Below, piece after piece: positions 24,323-36,076 of a DNA stretch of 53,295 bases. The notes under the pieces were generated by a model. That model was not told where the DNA came from and ran no database searches. It saw nothing but the letters and a program-made list of their open reading frames with translations. The stretch comes from Octopus bimaculoides (lineage: Eukaryota), in assembly GCF_001194135.2 (NCBI RefSeq), contig NC_068990.1, forward strand, positions 79,296,240 through 79,349,534, given 5' to 3'. A program made the translations under genes and the position numbers. Positions within the stretch are counted from its first letter, which is position 1. Each line of letters begins with the position of its first letter.

Positions 24323-25165
24323 TTAAAACATTTAGTCATTGTGTGGCCATCAGCAAAGAGAAACCTGCTTAAAGTGAACCAGGCCAAAACTAGGGTAGTA
24401 ATCATAAAAGAATGGTATAAGAGTTCAAACTGTATCAGAGATTAGTTTATTCTATAAACAACAAAAGAAACATATATGGAACGACAATACTGCAACCAGT
24501 GCAAAGTTCCAATGCACCACAAAGTGTGAAACTGCACTGGAGTCTCAGTGGAGTGACAAGGAATTAGTCTCTGAGGTGAAACAAATAATAAGAGAGACAA
24601 GAAAGGACCATGGTGTAACATTTATGATCCTTCTCCAATGACTTTGCCAGAAAAAGAATAGAAGATAAGTGAATATCTGTATAATAGAGTCAGAAACTGG
24701 GAGTCGAGGTACCATTGTAGCAGGGTGTGGAGAAAGATGATGTTTGAAAAACTGCGAGTCATTACTGACAGCAAAAGATTCTTAGAAAAAAAAAAGTAAT
24801 TTCAAGAAGTTCATGTAAAAAATTAGGTTCTATATGGTATTAAGGCAGTAAATACAGAGAATTTGGTTGGAATGAAAAGAAATATGGAAGTTGCAGTGCT
24901 TTTGGAGTTATTGACTTACAGGAAAAGTTAATCCCAAGTAGATTGAGAATTTTACAGATTAGAAAGATTAATCTAATAAACTACAGATAACTGCACTGGA
25001 AGATGCATTTTAACACAATGTATGACATATTCTAGAAGAAGATTAGTACCACTGATGAGAAGAAATTGATGGTGTATGACATATACATCCGACACATGTA
25101 ACTATGGATTACAAGGCATTGAAACAATAACCTTAACTATGTGTGTGTGTGTGTGTGTGTATACA

Positions 25166-25486
25166 CAGTAGAACCTTGGTTTATGAATTTAATTTGTCCC
25201 TGGAGGCCATTCGCTACCCAAAATTTTCCTAAACTGCAACTATTTTTCCCATAGCAAATTCAAGAGAAAGCACAGCAAATTCAAGCAGGAATGTGCACTG
25301 AGTGAAAGCAAGACAGCAACTGATGCTCTCCCTGTCATATTCCCAGCTCGTCCCCAACCATATTTGCCGGATTGCATGTTCGTTGCTCAAGACACCATTT
25401 GTCAACCAAAATGTTTTATGCTAAAAAAATTGTTCATAAATCAATTTTTTCATGATGAGAGGCATTCATAAACTGAGGTTCCACTG
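25166..25486. mobile_element. pogo/Tigger-like MITE
   Basis: TIRs CAGTAGAACCTTGGTTTATGAAT and ATTCATAAACTGAGGTTCCACTG|TA. Confidence 0.7.
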
Positions 25487-27999
25487 TATATAAACACACA
25501 CACAGATATATATGTAGATATGTGTGTATTTATGTATTTATGTATGTAATTGATACAAGACAGAAAGTGTAGGGACATCAATGCTTAATACTTGATGTGA
25601 AAACCAAGTTCACATGCTGCCTTTCAGTATTGTCTGGTCATCACAGAGGACACCAAACAGGAACAATAAATCACAGAACAGCTTAAAACAAACAAATTTT
25701 TTATCCTGAGATGACACGAAGAGTTTTATAAAAAAAATCTATGAGGATCAAATCCTCAATTGACATGATCCCTAGTTTAAGTGGAAGAATATTTCTGCAT
25801 TTAAAAAAAGAGAAATGAGAAACAAATTTAAGGAGACTATTCTTCTATCCCAGAGCTGTGTTTACCATTTTATTAACCAGAAAAAAATTGTCAACAACGA
25901 AATTGTGTGATTATTTTATCGTTCAACAAATTTTCCATAAAAGGAAACAACATGTGAGACACCTCCTATTATTCTAAGAGCAAGACTGAAGCTTGTTTCT
26001 GATTTTCTTTCTCTTGTGGCACAACCATAAATCAATGCCTGTTTGTGCTGGTCTTTGTTCCAATTTGGAAGACATTTGTTTTTATAATCAGTCCTGCTTG
26101 TTTACTCCCCTCCCCTACCCAAATCAAGAGAATCCTAAATAAATTCCACAACCCTAAACTTATTACCGTTCAAGGAGCACCCTGTTAATAGAACACACAC
26201 CTAACTAGACCACTCTACTGGAACTACAGTGATCTTTCTGTGGAGGGATAAACTAGAATGATGTAAAGGATCGGAAAGAAAAACTTCAAAGAGAAACACT
26301 CGAGTTTAGCAAAACAAAAAAACTACTACTAATAATAATAATAAATTATATTTTAAAAAGTTTGAAGAGTAATAGAAGAAAAAGAGAAAATTTCAAATTA
26401 GACAAATAAACAACATTACAAATATAAAAGGATAATAAAAAAACAAACATTATTAATTATTTTTTTTTTAAATCAAACAAAAAACACATTTTCCAAAATA
26501 ACAAGCAAGAGCATTTCTCTTTGAAGAATTAAACGTCTTTAAGAATAACCATTTTAAGTATGAAATATGTGTATGCTCAGAGTTCCTAACTTTGGGTAGT
26601 TTAGAGATAGTGGAGAAGGAAGAAAAAACTAGATTTGACCGTTTTAACGAAGCCTGGTTGAAGTCTAAACTTTTCTGAAGAAGAAACGAAAACTTTTATT
26701 TTAACCAAGTTTAATAAAAGATCATACCAAATTACCTCCCCTTACATACTTCTACGTCTTAAAACTAATTTAATCTTATTTCTTACCCAAACAAGTTTGT
26801 TTTACAAACTAACGCTGCTAGATACAGGAAATATTACCATTTTCCATTGAAAAATATTTTCACAACAAAAAAATTCCTAATCTCCATCATTTTACTGATG
26901 GGAAGAATTATTCTCATTTTAAAAGACATTAATTGTAAAAGCTGTTTTTCCAACAAATTGTTCGGATTTACAACCCCCCCCCCCAATAAAAATGAAGTTA
27001 TTTTTCACAAAAACTATCAATTCTTCAAATACTTAGAAAATTAGAAAACTGCATCATTAGGAAAATTTAATTTTATTCTTAATTCATTAACAATCCACAT
27101 CTCAAATCTAGAATACAGGAATCTTTGTTAGATGGATATATTTAGTGATCTGGTTTGGGACCCAACACTTGTTTCCAATTCATATTGAAGGGGGCAACAA
27201 GCTGGCAGAATTGTTAACCCACTGGGCAAATGCTCAACAGCATTTCATCAGCCTTTACGTTCTGAGTTCAAATTCTGCCAAGGTTGATTTTGCCTTTCCT
27301 CCTTTCAGGGTCAATAAAATACCAGTTGAATTCTGGGGTCAATGTAATCAACTTAACCCTTATGCTAAAAATTTAAATAAATTTTAGGAACTAACTGAAT
27401 GAAGCATACACAATACAAATTACTTTTTTCCAAGTTAAAGGAATAAAAATAATAATTGTCAGTTATAAATGATATTTGTTTCATAAATTAAATCGGGGAA
27501 TTTCATGTTTTTCATTTGTTTACTGTTACTGATAATTTAAAAATCAAGATAAACGTGGGTGGAGGCACCAGAAAGATCACTGTAAACAGGGAACATACAA
27601 AATGTTTTTTTTTGTTTTCTCATTTTTTTTTTCATAAAATAAATAATTCTTACAAACAAATCAACTAAAAGTAAGAAAAAAGTTATGTTTAATATTGTTT
27701 TTATGTATGTATAAAAATGTTACAATTCAGAGACAATATATATACATACATACATATCAACTTACATTATACATTTTACAGTTTAATGTAAGCAATGATA
27801 ATAACAACAAATCAAAAAAAAAACTATTCTTAGAAAAATATTGTTTCTTTTTTTTTTTCAATTTATGAATTTTATTTGCTATTTCTGTATATTTGTTTTG
27901 ATTTATTTACATTTTTAAAATTATTCTTTTAACTATCTTTGTGGAGAAGGGCAATGGAGGTAAATAGATAAAAAAAAAAATAAAAAGATGGTAACGTAC

Positions 28000-28087
28000 C
28001 TTTAAAAAGCATTGAGGCCTTACTGTCTTTGGTTGAAGGGTTCTCTTGGAGGGCAGGCACAAGTTGGCGCAGAGTTTCAAAGCCTCT
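28000..28087 (-). CDS. MLXIPL-like: Mondo-like gene, helix1-loop-helix2 exon
   Basis: Acceptor tgtttcAG|AGA and donor AAAG|GTacgt. 88 nt, RGFETLRQLVPALQENPSTKDSKASMLFK plus 1 nt. Resembles Mondo GFDTL..LV..L......KVSKATTLQK. Confidence 0.92.
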
Positions 28088-28544
28088 CTGAAACATCAGC
28101 ATAACCAGATAGAGACAGGGTGGATCGACAAACAGTGCAATGACCCAGAACAACAACAACAACAACAACAACAACAATAACATCATCATCATCATCATCA
28201 TCATCACAAATCAAAAAAAAATCTTTGGAAAATGAACTAGCAATGGAATTGGTCATGCAGGCATTACATAATGATGGTCATGTTAGGAGGAGAGAGATGT
28301 CTTTATTTGCAACAAAGAACAATGCTTCTATATACAGTAATTACTCGCCATATCATGGTTCACCTATCGTGCCCTCAGTACATTGCGGATTTTTCTGGCT
28401 AATTAAGTAAATTTATATTGCAGATTCCTCAGTACATTGCAGGTTTCTGTGGTTGATAAGTATTTATATTTTTTTAGATTTTAATTATTTCTGTGGTAAA
28501 ATAAGCATTTTCACACCTAAAAATTAATTAATGAATAGAAATAC

Positions 28545-29420
28545 AGTGCTAGTGCCACATAAAAAGTACCATTCGATCGTGGCTGATGCCAGTGCTGCTT
28601 GACTGGCTTCCATGCTGGTGGCACGTATAAAAGCACCCACTACAGGGTACTGGGACAAAAAGTGTTCATTTAAGGGAAGTTATATTGCCAAACATGAGAG
28701 ATTGGGGTCCATGATTCTACAGGAAATGGATTTGCAAGAAATTCAGGGTTTCAATGATTTATGACGATGTTCCAGAAAAGGATGAAATCTTTGTATTGGA
28801 CTAAAAACAATAAACAAATAAATAAACTTTTGATAAAGAAAAACATGGGTTTCGTTTTTACAATTTTTCCCTTTTACACGAGGACATGAGACCTTTTTGT
28901 CTTTCTTGGATTTTTTCTGCAAAAATATAAGACATCCCCCGAAAATAAGCCCTTTTTTGGATGCAGAATTAATATAAGACCAGATCTTATTTTCGAGGAA
29001 ATATGGTAGATCAGCAATCTCTGGCTCCCGTGCCGGTGGCATGTAAAAAAGCACCATTCGAGCATGATCGTTGCCAGCGTCACTTTATTGGCACATGTGC
29101 CTGTGGCACGTGAAAAACAATATTCGAGTGAGGTCATTGCCAGTGCCACCGAACTGGCTCCTGTGCAGGTAGCACATAAAAAACACCATTTAAGTGTGGT
29201 CGATGCCAGTACCACCTGACTGGCCCTCATACAGGTGGCACATTAAAGCACCCACTACACTCTCGGAGTGGTTGGCGTAAGGAAAGGCATCCGGCTATAG
29301 AAACTCTGCCAGATCAGATTGGAGCCTGGTGCAGCCTTCTGGCTCACCAGTCCTTAGTCAAACCATTCAACCCATACCAAGCATGGAAAGCGGATGTTAA
29401 ACAATGATGATGATGATGAT
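28545..29420 (+). mobile_element. SINE family C with ~60-bp internal tandem units, interrupted by DNA-transposon fragments
   Basis: Repeated GCCAGTG....ACTGGC...GTGGCAC.TAAAAAGCACC units; TA|CAGGGT insertion start near 28643; tail CAAGCATGGAAAGCGGATGTTAAA(GAT)n. Confidence 0.5.
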
Positions 29421-31539
29421 GATTTTGAACAAAAAGTAATGTAAAAGAAATAAAATGACTGAGAAACAATATTTATAGAAAAAAATAAAAAAGAAAAAGC
29501 AACAAGTCCTGATTTTGTTGGAGAAGAAGACATTTGTTGAGTAACAACTGTAAGAAGCGGATTCCTTTTGATCCTGGAAAGGAAAATGGCAAATGCAAAG
29601 GAGCTGGCGGGGGGGAATGTATTGAAAGANNNNNNNNNNNNNNNNNNNNNNNNNNNNNNNNNNNNNNNNNNNNNNNNNNNNNNNNNNNNNNNNNNNNNNN
29701 NNNNNNNNNNNNNNNNNNNNNNNNNNNNNNNNNNNNNNNNNNNNNNNNNNNNNNNNNNNNNNNNNNNNNNNNNNNNNNNNNNNNNNNNNNNNNNNNNNNN
29801 NNNNNNNNNNNNNNNNNNNNNNNNNNNNNNNNNNNNNNNNNNNNNNNNNNNNNNNNNNNNNNNNNNNNNNNNNNNNNNNNNNNNNNNNNNNNNNNNNNNN
29901 NNNNNNNNNNNNNNNNNNNNNNNNNNNNNNNNNNNNNNNNNNNNNNNNNNNNNNNNNNNNNNNNNNNNNNNNNNNNNNNNNNNNNNNNNNNNNNNNNNNN
30001 NNNNNNNNNNNNNNNNNNNNNNNNNNNNNNNNNNNNNNNNNNNNNNNNNNNNNNNNNNNNNNNNNNNNNNNNNNNNNNNNNNNNNNNNNNNNNNNNNNNN
30101 NNNNNNNNNNNNNNNNNNNNNNNNNNNNNNNNNNNNNNNNNNNNNNNNNNNNNNNNNNNNNNNNNNNNNNNNNNNNNNNNNNNNNNNNNNNNNNNNNNNN
30201 NNNNNNNNNNNNNNNNNNNNNNNNNNNNNNNNNNNNNNNNNNNNNNNNNNNNNNNNNNNNNNNNNNNNNNNNNNNNNNNNNNNNNNNNNNNNNNNNNNNN
30301 NNNNNNNNNNNNNNNNNNNNNNNNNNNNNNNNNNNNNNNNNNNNNNNNNNNNNNNNNNNNNNNNNNNNNNNNNGGGAGAGAGAGAGAGAGACCTAATTCA
30401 AGCAGGTTTATGATCAAGGACACTCCATCCATGACTTCCTCACCTTTTTCTGTTTCACACAAGTTTTTGTGTCCTTTCTTTATTAAGACAAAAGAATGAA
30501 AATGAGGGGGATCTGGCTGCTCTTTCAAGCAAACTGAGTCTCTCCTACATTAGCTCCTAAAGTGAAGTGTCTGAATGTGGTGTGTAATATATGAGTAATG
30601 TGTGTGTGTGTATGTGTGTGTGTGTGATGTACAAGTAGTATATGTGTGTGTATGCATGTTTGTGTGTGTGAGTGTGTATGTGTTTGTGTGTATGTGATAG
30701 TGAATAGTGAGTTGTGTTTGTGATACGTGTTTGTGTATACACACACACACACACACACACGTGTAATACAAGTGTGTGGTGGGTTGGAGTGGGGGTCAGG
30801 GAGTATATAGAGGGTTGTTTTTTGTGCTACAGAGGATATCTTGATTAAGTCCCTATGTTGTGCGTATATGTATACATACACAGCCAGGTCCCCTTTTATA
30901 CATCCCATGTCATTAAATGTAGGGAAAAAGTTATTTCCACTTTAACCCACCCCCACCCCCACACAGACATTTCCCAGTTGTTCTCCTTTAATTCTATTCA
31001 TATCCAATCTTGAAAGTCTGAAATCCCAGGACTTTTTCGAAAAGATGACAGGAAAAGGAGGGAATCTTTATCAAGGAAGTAAAGGGAGATGAAGGGGGAC
31101 GAGGGAGGGGGTGGGGTAGCGAAAGACTGCATTATTTAAAATGTGTCTGGTTGGTTTGGTTTTAGGTGTATATAGACAGTGAAGTTGGTGGTGGTTGTCG
31201 TGGCAGCTCATTGTCAAGTGACTGCTGGAGTAGAGGTCAGAGTGAATGTGGGACACAGATTGTGTCAGCCACAAGAATGTCTTTCCCCATTTGCAAAAGT
31301 GTATGTGGGGGGGAGGGGGAAGGACTATCTGCCAATGACAGTCTCTCCTAAGGATTGTCTCTCTACAAACAGTATCTCAAAATAACTTCAATCTATTCCA
31401 GGTGTTGGCAGGGAATCTGCTAAACTACAGCAACACACACCTTCTCCACTCACCATCACCACTATAACTACTGATACTTCATTCATCCCTCAACGTCATC
31501 ATCATCATCATCATCATCACCATTTTCATCTTTTTCACT

Positions 31540-31925
31540 TATTTCAGTTGTTAGGCTACGGCCATGCTGGGGCACCGTCTTGAAGAACTTTTAGTTAAAT
31601 GAATCAACCCCAGCATGTTTTTTTTTTCAAGCCTAGTACTTTTTCTATCGATCTCTCTTGCCAAACTACCAAGTTATGAGAACATAAACACACCAGCACC
31701 AGTTGCCAAGTAGTGGGGGGGGGGTATCAAAGACAGACACAAAGACACACACATACATACATATACATACATACATACAACAGGCTTCTTTTAGTTTCCA
31801 TTGACCAAATCCGCTCACAAAGCTTTGGTCATCTCAGTGCCCAAGGTGCCATACAGTGGGACTGAAACCAGAACTGTGTGGCTGGGAAGCAAACTTCTTG
31901 CTACACAGCCACACCTGCACCACAC
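31540..31925 (-). mobile_element. SINE family A, near full length
   Basis: Reverse complement of the GTGTGG..AGAAGTTTGCTTCCCA head, GGCACCTTGGGC core and CCAGCATGGCC tail. Confidence 0.65.
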
Positions 31926-33585
31926 TCTTATACTCCAGACATCTCCCACCACCACCACCACCACCGCCACCCATTTATGCTACCCTCAGAGACCAAGTTC
32001 TCATCCTGATACAAAACCAGTGAATATTTTTCAGTCCTGAAACCAAGGAAAATGTTGAGATTCCATTTGAAGAGAAAATCAATCTGAGAATTTAGGAAAG
32101 ACTTTGGTAGGTTGAACCCTTCCATGACCTCTGACCCTATTTTATTGAGCCCCGTAGGGTTGATCAATAATGTTGACTACCAACAGAAACTAAATCCTAT
32201 TTAAAAGGTATTTAGCTGGGATCCTTTCTGGTTCCGTACCAACAGGGAAACCTCTACAGCTGTCATGGATAATCCTTTGGCTCATGGGACTTTCTGAATG
32301 ACAAAATGCATGAAACATAATCTTGAATTCTTTTCGTCATGTGGTCCACCTGATGATGAGCCACGTCTCATGTGGCCAACTTCTAGAAAGTTCTTTGACC
32401 TGTTAGAGATAGCAACCAAATCTTCTTCAAACCACATGCCTTCAGTCTTCAAAAGGAATATGGCGTACAATGAGGTCTTGAGTTACCTGCATATAATGGT
32501 CAGAGAATCTTTCATCATCGGTCTACTTGACTGGAGCTAATCTAAAACAAAACTAACAATTCAAACCTCAAAAAAAAAGGGAACAAAACCACACAAACCA
32601 CCCCTAAAAAGGGCAACAAACATCAACAATAAATAAACTACAAACATAAACACAAACATATCAGAAACATTAATAGCGTCATTAGACCATAAATTAGTGT
32701 CTCGTTAATTAAGTAGAGTAATTAGTCTCTCATGAATAACTTCATTAGACCAAGATACTGTAATGGTGGGGGGAGACGCACCATTAATGGAACAACTGTT
32801 CTAAAAAATAATAATTAGCAAGAGAGGCAGTATTAAAACCAAAGATGCCCTGGCTGAATATACTGCAGTAGTTATCAGGAGAGGATCCCTCTAACTGGCT
32901 TTTGGTGCAGAATGCATGCTTGTTTGTTTATATTACAAGCAGGGAGATAACTCCTCACCAACTCCAGTGTTGAGGCCACCAGATCACATGATTTCTATCT
33001 TCCTTGATCTCATCGGTGATGGACGCTCAACTATGAGGGATAGCAGCAACTCACCTTCATGCTAGGGATATACAGAAAACCCATGCCTGAACAGGCATTG
33101 GTGATGCGATTAGTGACAGAAGCAGTATTAATATTGAGAAGGGATATTTATCTCTACATAAATGTGGAACAGACTAGCTTAATCATAACTAAGTTATTTT
33201 ACTAAATTCTTTGTTATATTTAAAGCAATTGAAAGAAACACAGAGCATCTCAACAGAAATATGGTAACGAAAGGGTTAAAAGAAATAATGTGTGTGTATG
33301 TGTGTATATATATGTATGTATGAATGTACATCTGTCTGTATGTATGAATGTATGCATGAGAAAGTAAATAAAAAAAGCGTATTATTTAAAACAGATGGAA
33401 AAAAATAAATAAATAAATCAAGAAAAGATTACAGGAATCCATAATTTGAAGACAAGCATAAGTTTAACGACAACAACAACAACAACAACGACAACTGTCA
33501 CCACAGCGCCGCCATTATGTAGAATGGTGAGGGATAAAGGAAAAGGCTAAACACATTTCAGTGCTTCCTGTGTTAGAAAACAAAC

Positions 33586-33738
33586 CTGGATTTTATTCCT
33601 CCTCCTGTGTTCAGCATTGATATGAGAGACTCTTTTATGGCGAGGAAGTGGGTTCGTTTGTCGTCCAGGTTTCTTACCATTCTTAGGTTCTGGTGACGGT
33701 GTGGGGGAAGATAAAGAGTCAGTGTTAGACAGAATCAT
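33586..33738 (-). CDS. MLXIPL-like: Mondo/ChREBP-like bHLH-ZIP gene, first visible coding exon (basic region and start of helix 1)
   Basis: Acceptor tatttttcAG|ATG and donor ATCCAG|GTttgt. 153 nt = 51 codons, MILSNTDSLSSPTPSPEPKNGKKPGRQTNPLPRHKRVSHINAEHRRRNKIQ. Keeps the group-B bHLH H5/E9/R13 residues. Ends in phase 0, matching the next exon. Confidence 0.9.
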
Positions 33739-34141
33739 CTGAAAAATACACACAAAATGATTATTATTCACCTGTGATGCTAAAAAATCCACATGCAAAT
33801 GTGAATATTGGCAGATCTCTTATCATTATTAGTTATAGAACAATTTTGGTTGCTACAACATGATGGGAATGGACTTGACAACAACCTTGGCCACCACCTT
33901 TTTGGAATTTCATGTCTAACACTTGTGGACATGCTTACAAAATCAAAAAACAAAACACAGCACCCATGACTTTCAGAAACATTTTTCAGACTCAAAATTG
34001 CTGAAGCATGGAATAAATTACCCACATCAGCTCTCAGGACACTACATCCTTCAAAACTTACATACTTCCTGAAATTTGCCAACAAATACACCTGATGCCC
34101 CTGTTTTTTTTTCTTTTTTTTTTTTTAAACAATTCTTTCAC

Positions 34142-34290
34142 TGAAGTAGTTGTATGCTGTCAACTTAATGTGACAGTCCCCTGAAGGGAATAATACTACT
34201 GTCTACACATTAAGTAGACAGCATACAACTAGTTCATCGTATCACTACTGCATAAATCTCTCTGAGAGATTTAGAAATGTATTATTTCTA
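34142..34290. mobile_element. Internally deleted copy of the 9439-9719 element
   Basis: Its reverse complement matches 9439-~9523 joined to ~9659-9719. Confidence 0.7.
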
Positions 34291-35966
34291 AATTCATTCA
34301 CTGTTCCCTTCCTGTGCATTACTCTATGTCTTCAGCATTACACGTTTCGCTACCTTTTCTGATGTGTTGTATTGCACCTGAGCACTGCAAACAATAACTT
34401 CATAATTACTACATGTATTGAGTTAACATTGTATTATCTCTTCTAATCTATCTGTAGAAAGCAAGAAAGTTTTATTATAAACAAGTACTGTCTACAATTA
34501 GTAAACTAACAACTTGTTGCCTAGTTTTCAGCCAGAGATTTTCATGTTAAGGTCTTAATGAGTTGATCCCTTATTTTATGACCATATCAAACCTGTCAAG
34601 TTAGGTCATCCTAAGATGTTTCACTGAGTATATTAATTACAATAATCCAGCTTTGATCAAACTTGACCAAGAATCCTAATTTTTTTACAATCTTTTTTCT
34701 TTTTAAATTGGAAATTATAATCCAACCCTAACCCTGCAACTTTGCCATTTTAAACATTTTTCTCCCTCGAAATTGTGTTGAGAATTGTATTTAAAGTTTG
34801 GAGATGTCGACTATNNNNNNNNNNNNNNNNNNNNNNNNNNNNNNNNNNNNNNNNNNNNNNNNNNNNNNNNNNNNNNNNNNNNNNNNNNNNNNNNNNNNNN
34901 NNNNNNNNNNNNNNNNNNNNNNNNNNNNNNNNNNNNNNNNNNNNNNNNNNNNNNNNNNNNNNNNNNNNNNNNNNNNNNNNNNNNNNNNNNNNNNNNNNNN
35001 NNNNNNNNNNNNNNNNNNNNNNNNNNNNNNNNNNNNNNNNNNNNNNNNNNNNNNNNNNNNNNNNNNNNNNNNNNNNNNNNNNNNNNNNNNNNNNNNNNNN
35101 NNNNNNNNNNNNNNNNNNNNNNNNNNNNNNNNNNNNNNNNNNNNNNNNNNNNNNNNNNNNNNNNNNNNNNNNNNNNNNNNNNNNNNNNNNNNNNNNNNNN
35201 NNNNNNNNNNNNNNNNNNNNNNNNNNNNNNNNNNNNNNNNNNNNNNNNNNNNNNNNNNNNNNNNNNNNNNNNNNNNNNNNNNNNNNNNNNNNNNNNNNNN
35301 NNNNNNNNNNNNNNNNNNNNNNNNNNNNNNNNNNNNNNNNNNNNNNNNNNNNNNNNNNNNNNNNNNNNNNNNNNNNNNNNNNNNNNNNNNNNNNNNNNNN
35401 NNNNNNNNNNNNNNNNNNNNNNNNNNNNNNNNNNNNNNNNNNNNNNNNNNNNNNNNNNNNNNNNNNNNNNNNNNNNNNNNNNNNNNNNNNNNNNNNNNNN
35501 NNNNNNNNNNNNNNNNNNNNNNNNNNNNNNNNNNNNNNNNNNNNNNNNNNNNNNNNNNNNNNNNNNNNNNNNNNNNNNNNNNNNNNNNNNNNNNNNNNNN
35601 NNNNNNNNNNNNNNNNNNNNNNNNNNNNNNNNNNNNNNNNNNNNNNNNNNNNNNNNNNNNNNNNNNNNNNNNNNNNNNNNNNNNNNNNNNNNNNNNNNNN
35701 NNNNNNNNNNNNNNNNNNNNNNNNNNNNNNNNNNNNNNNNNNNNNNNNNNNNNNNNNNNNNNNNNNNNNNNNNNNNNNNNNNNNNNNNNNNNNNNNNCTA
35801 TTCTCTGATTCACAATTATTTCACTCAAGTTCAAGGTGAATGAACCAGTTACTGACGCTACCACAACTGTTCACTACTACTCACACTACCACAATTTAAT
35901 ACTATTACTACCACCACCTTGTGGTGAGTGTGTGTGTATAATACCCGACATTGAAATAACTAACGC

Positions 35967-36076
35967 CTTCTGATTGGCTCAACAGCGATGACGTCACACG
36001 CTCAGTATATAAGTAATTTCTCCGCTGTTCCAAGTTCTTGCCAGTTGCGGATTCGCAGAGAGAAGACTTCCGGAAG
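35967..36076 (+). promoter_or_regulatory. Core promoter cluster: CCAAT box, CRE, TATA box, ETS-like site
   Basis: ATTGG at 35973-35977, perfect TGACGTCA at 35989-35996, TATATAAG at 36006-36013 (+ orientation), palindromic CTTCCGGAAG at 36067-36076. Locally CpG-rich. Confidence 0.6.

Noticed and set aside
32355-32395. Hammerhead-like CTGATGA followed by a GCCAC/GTGGC stem
   Set aside because: No GAAA, helix III or helix I can be formed.
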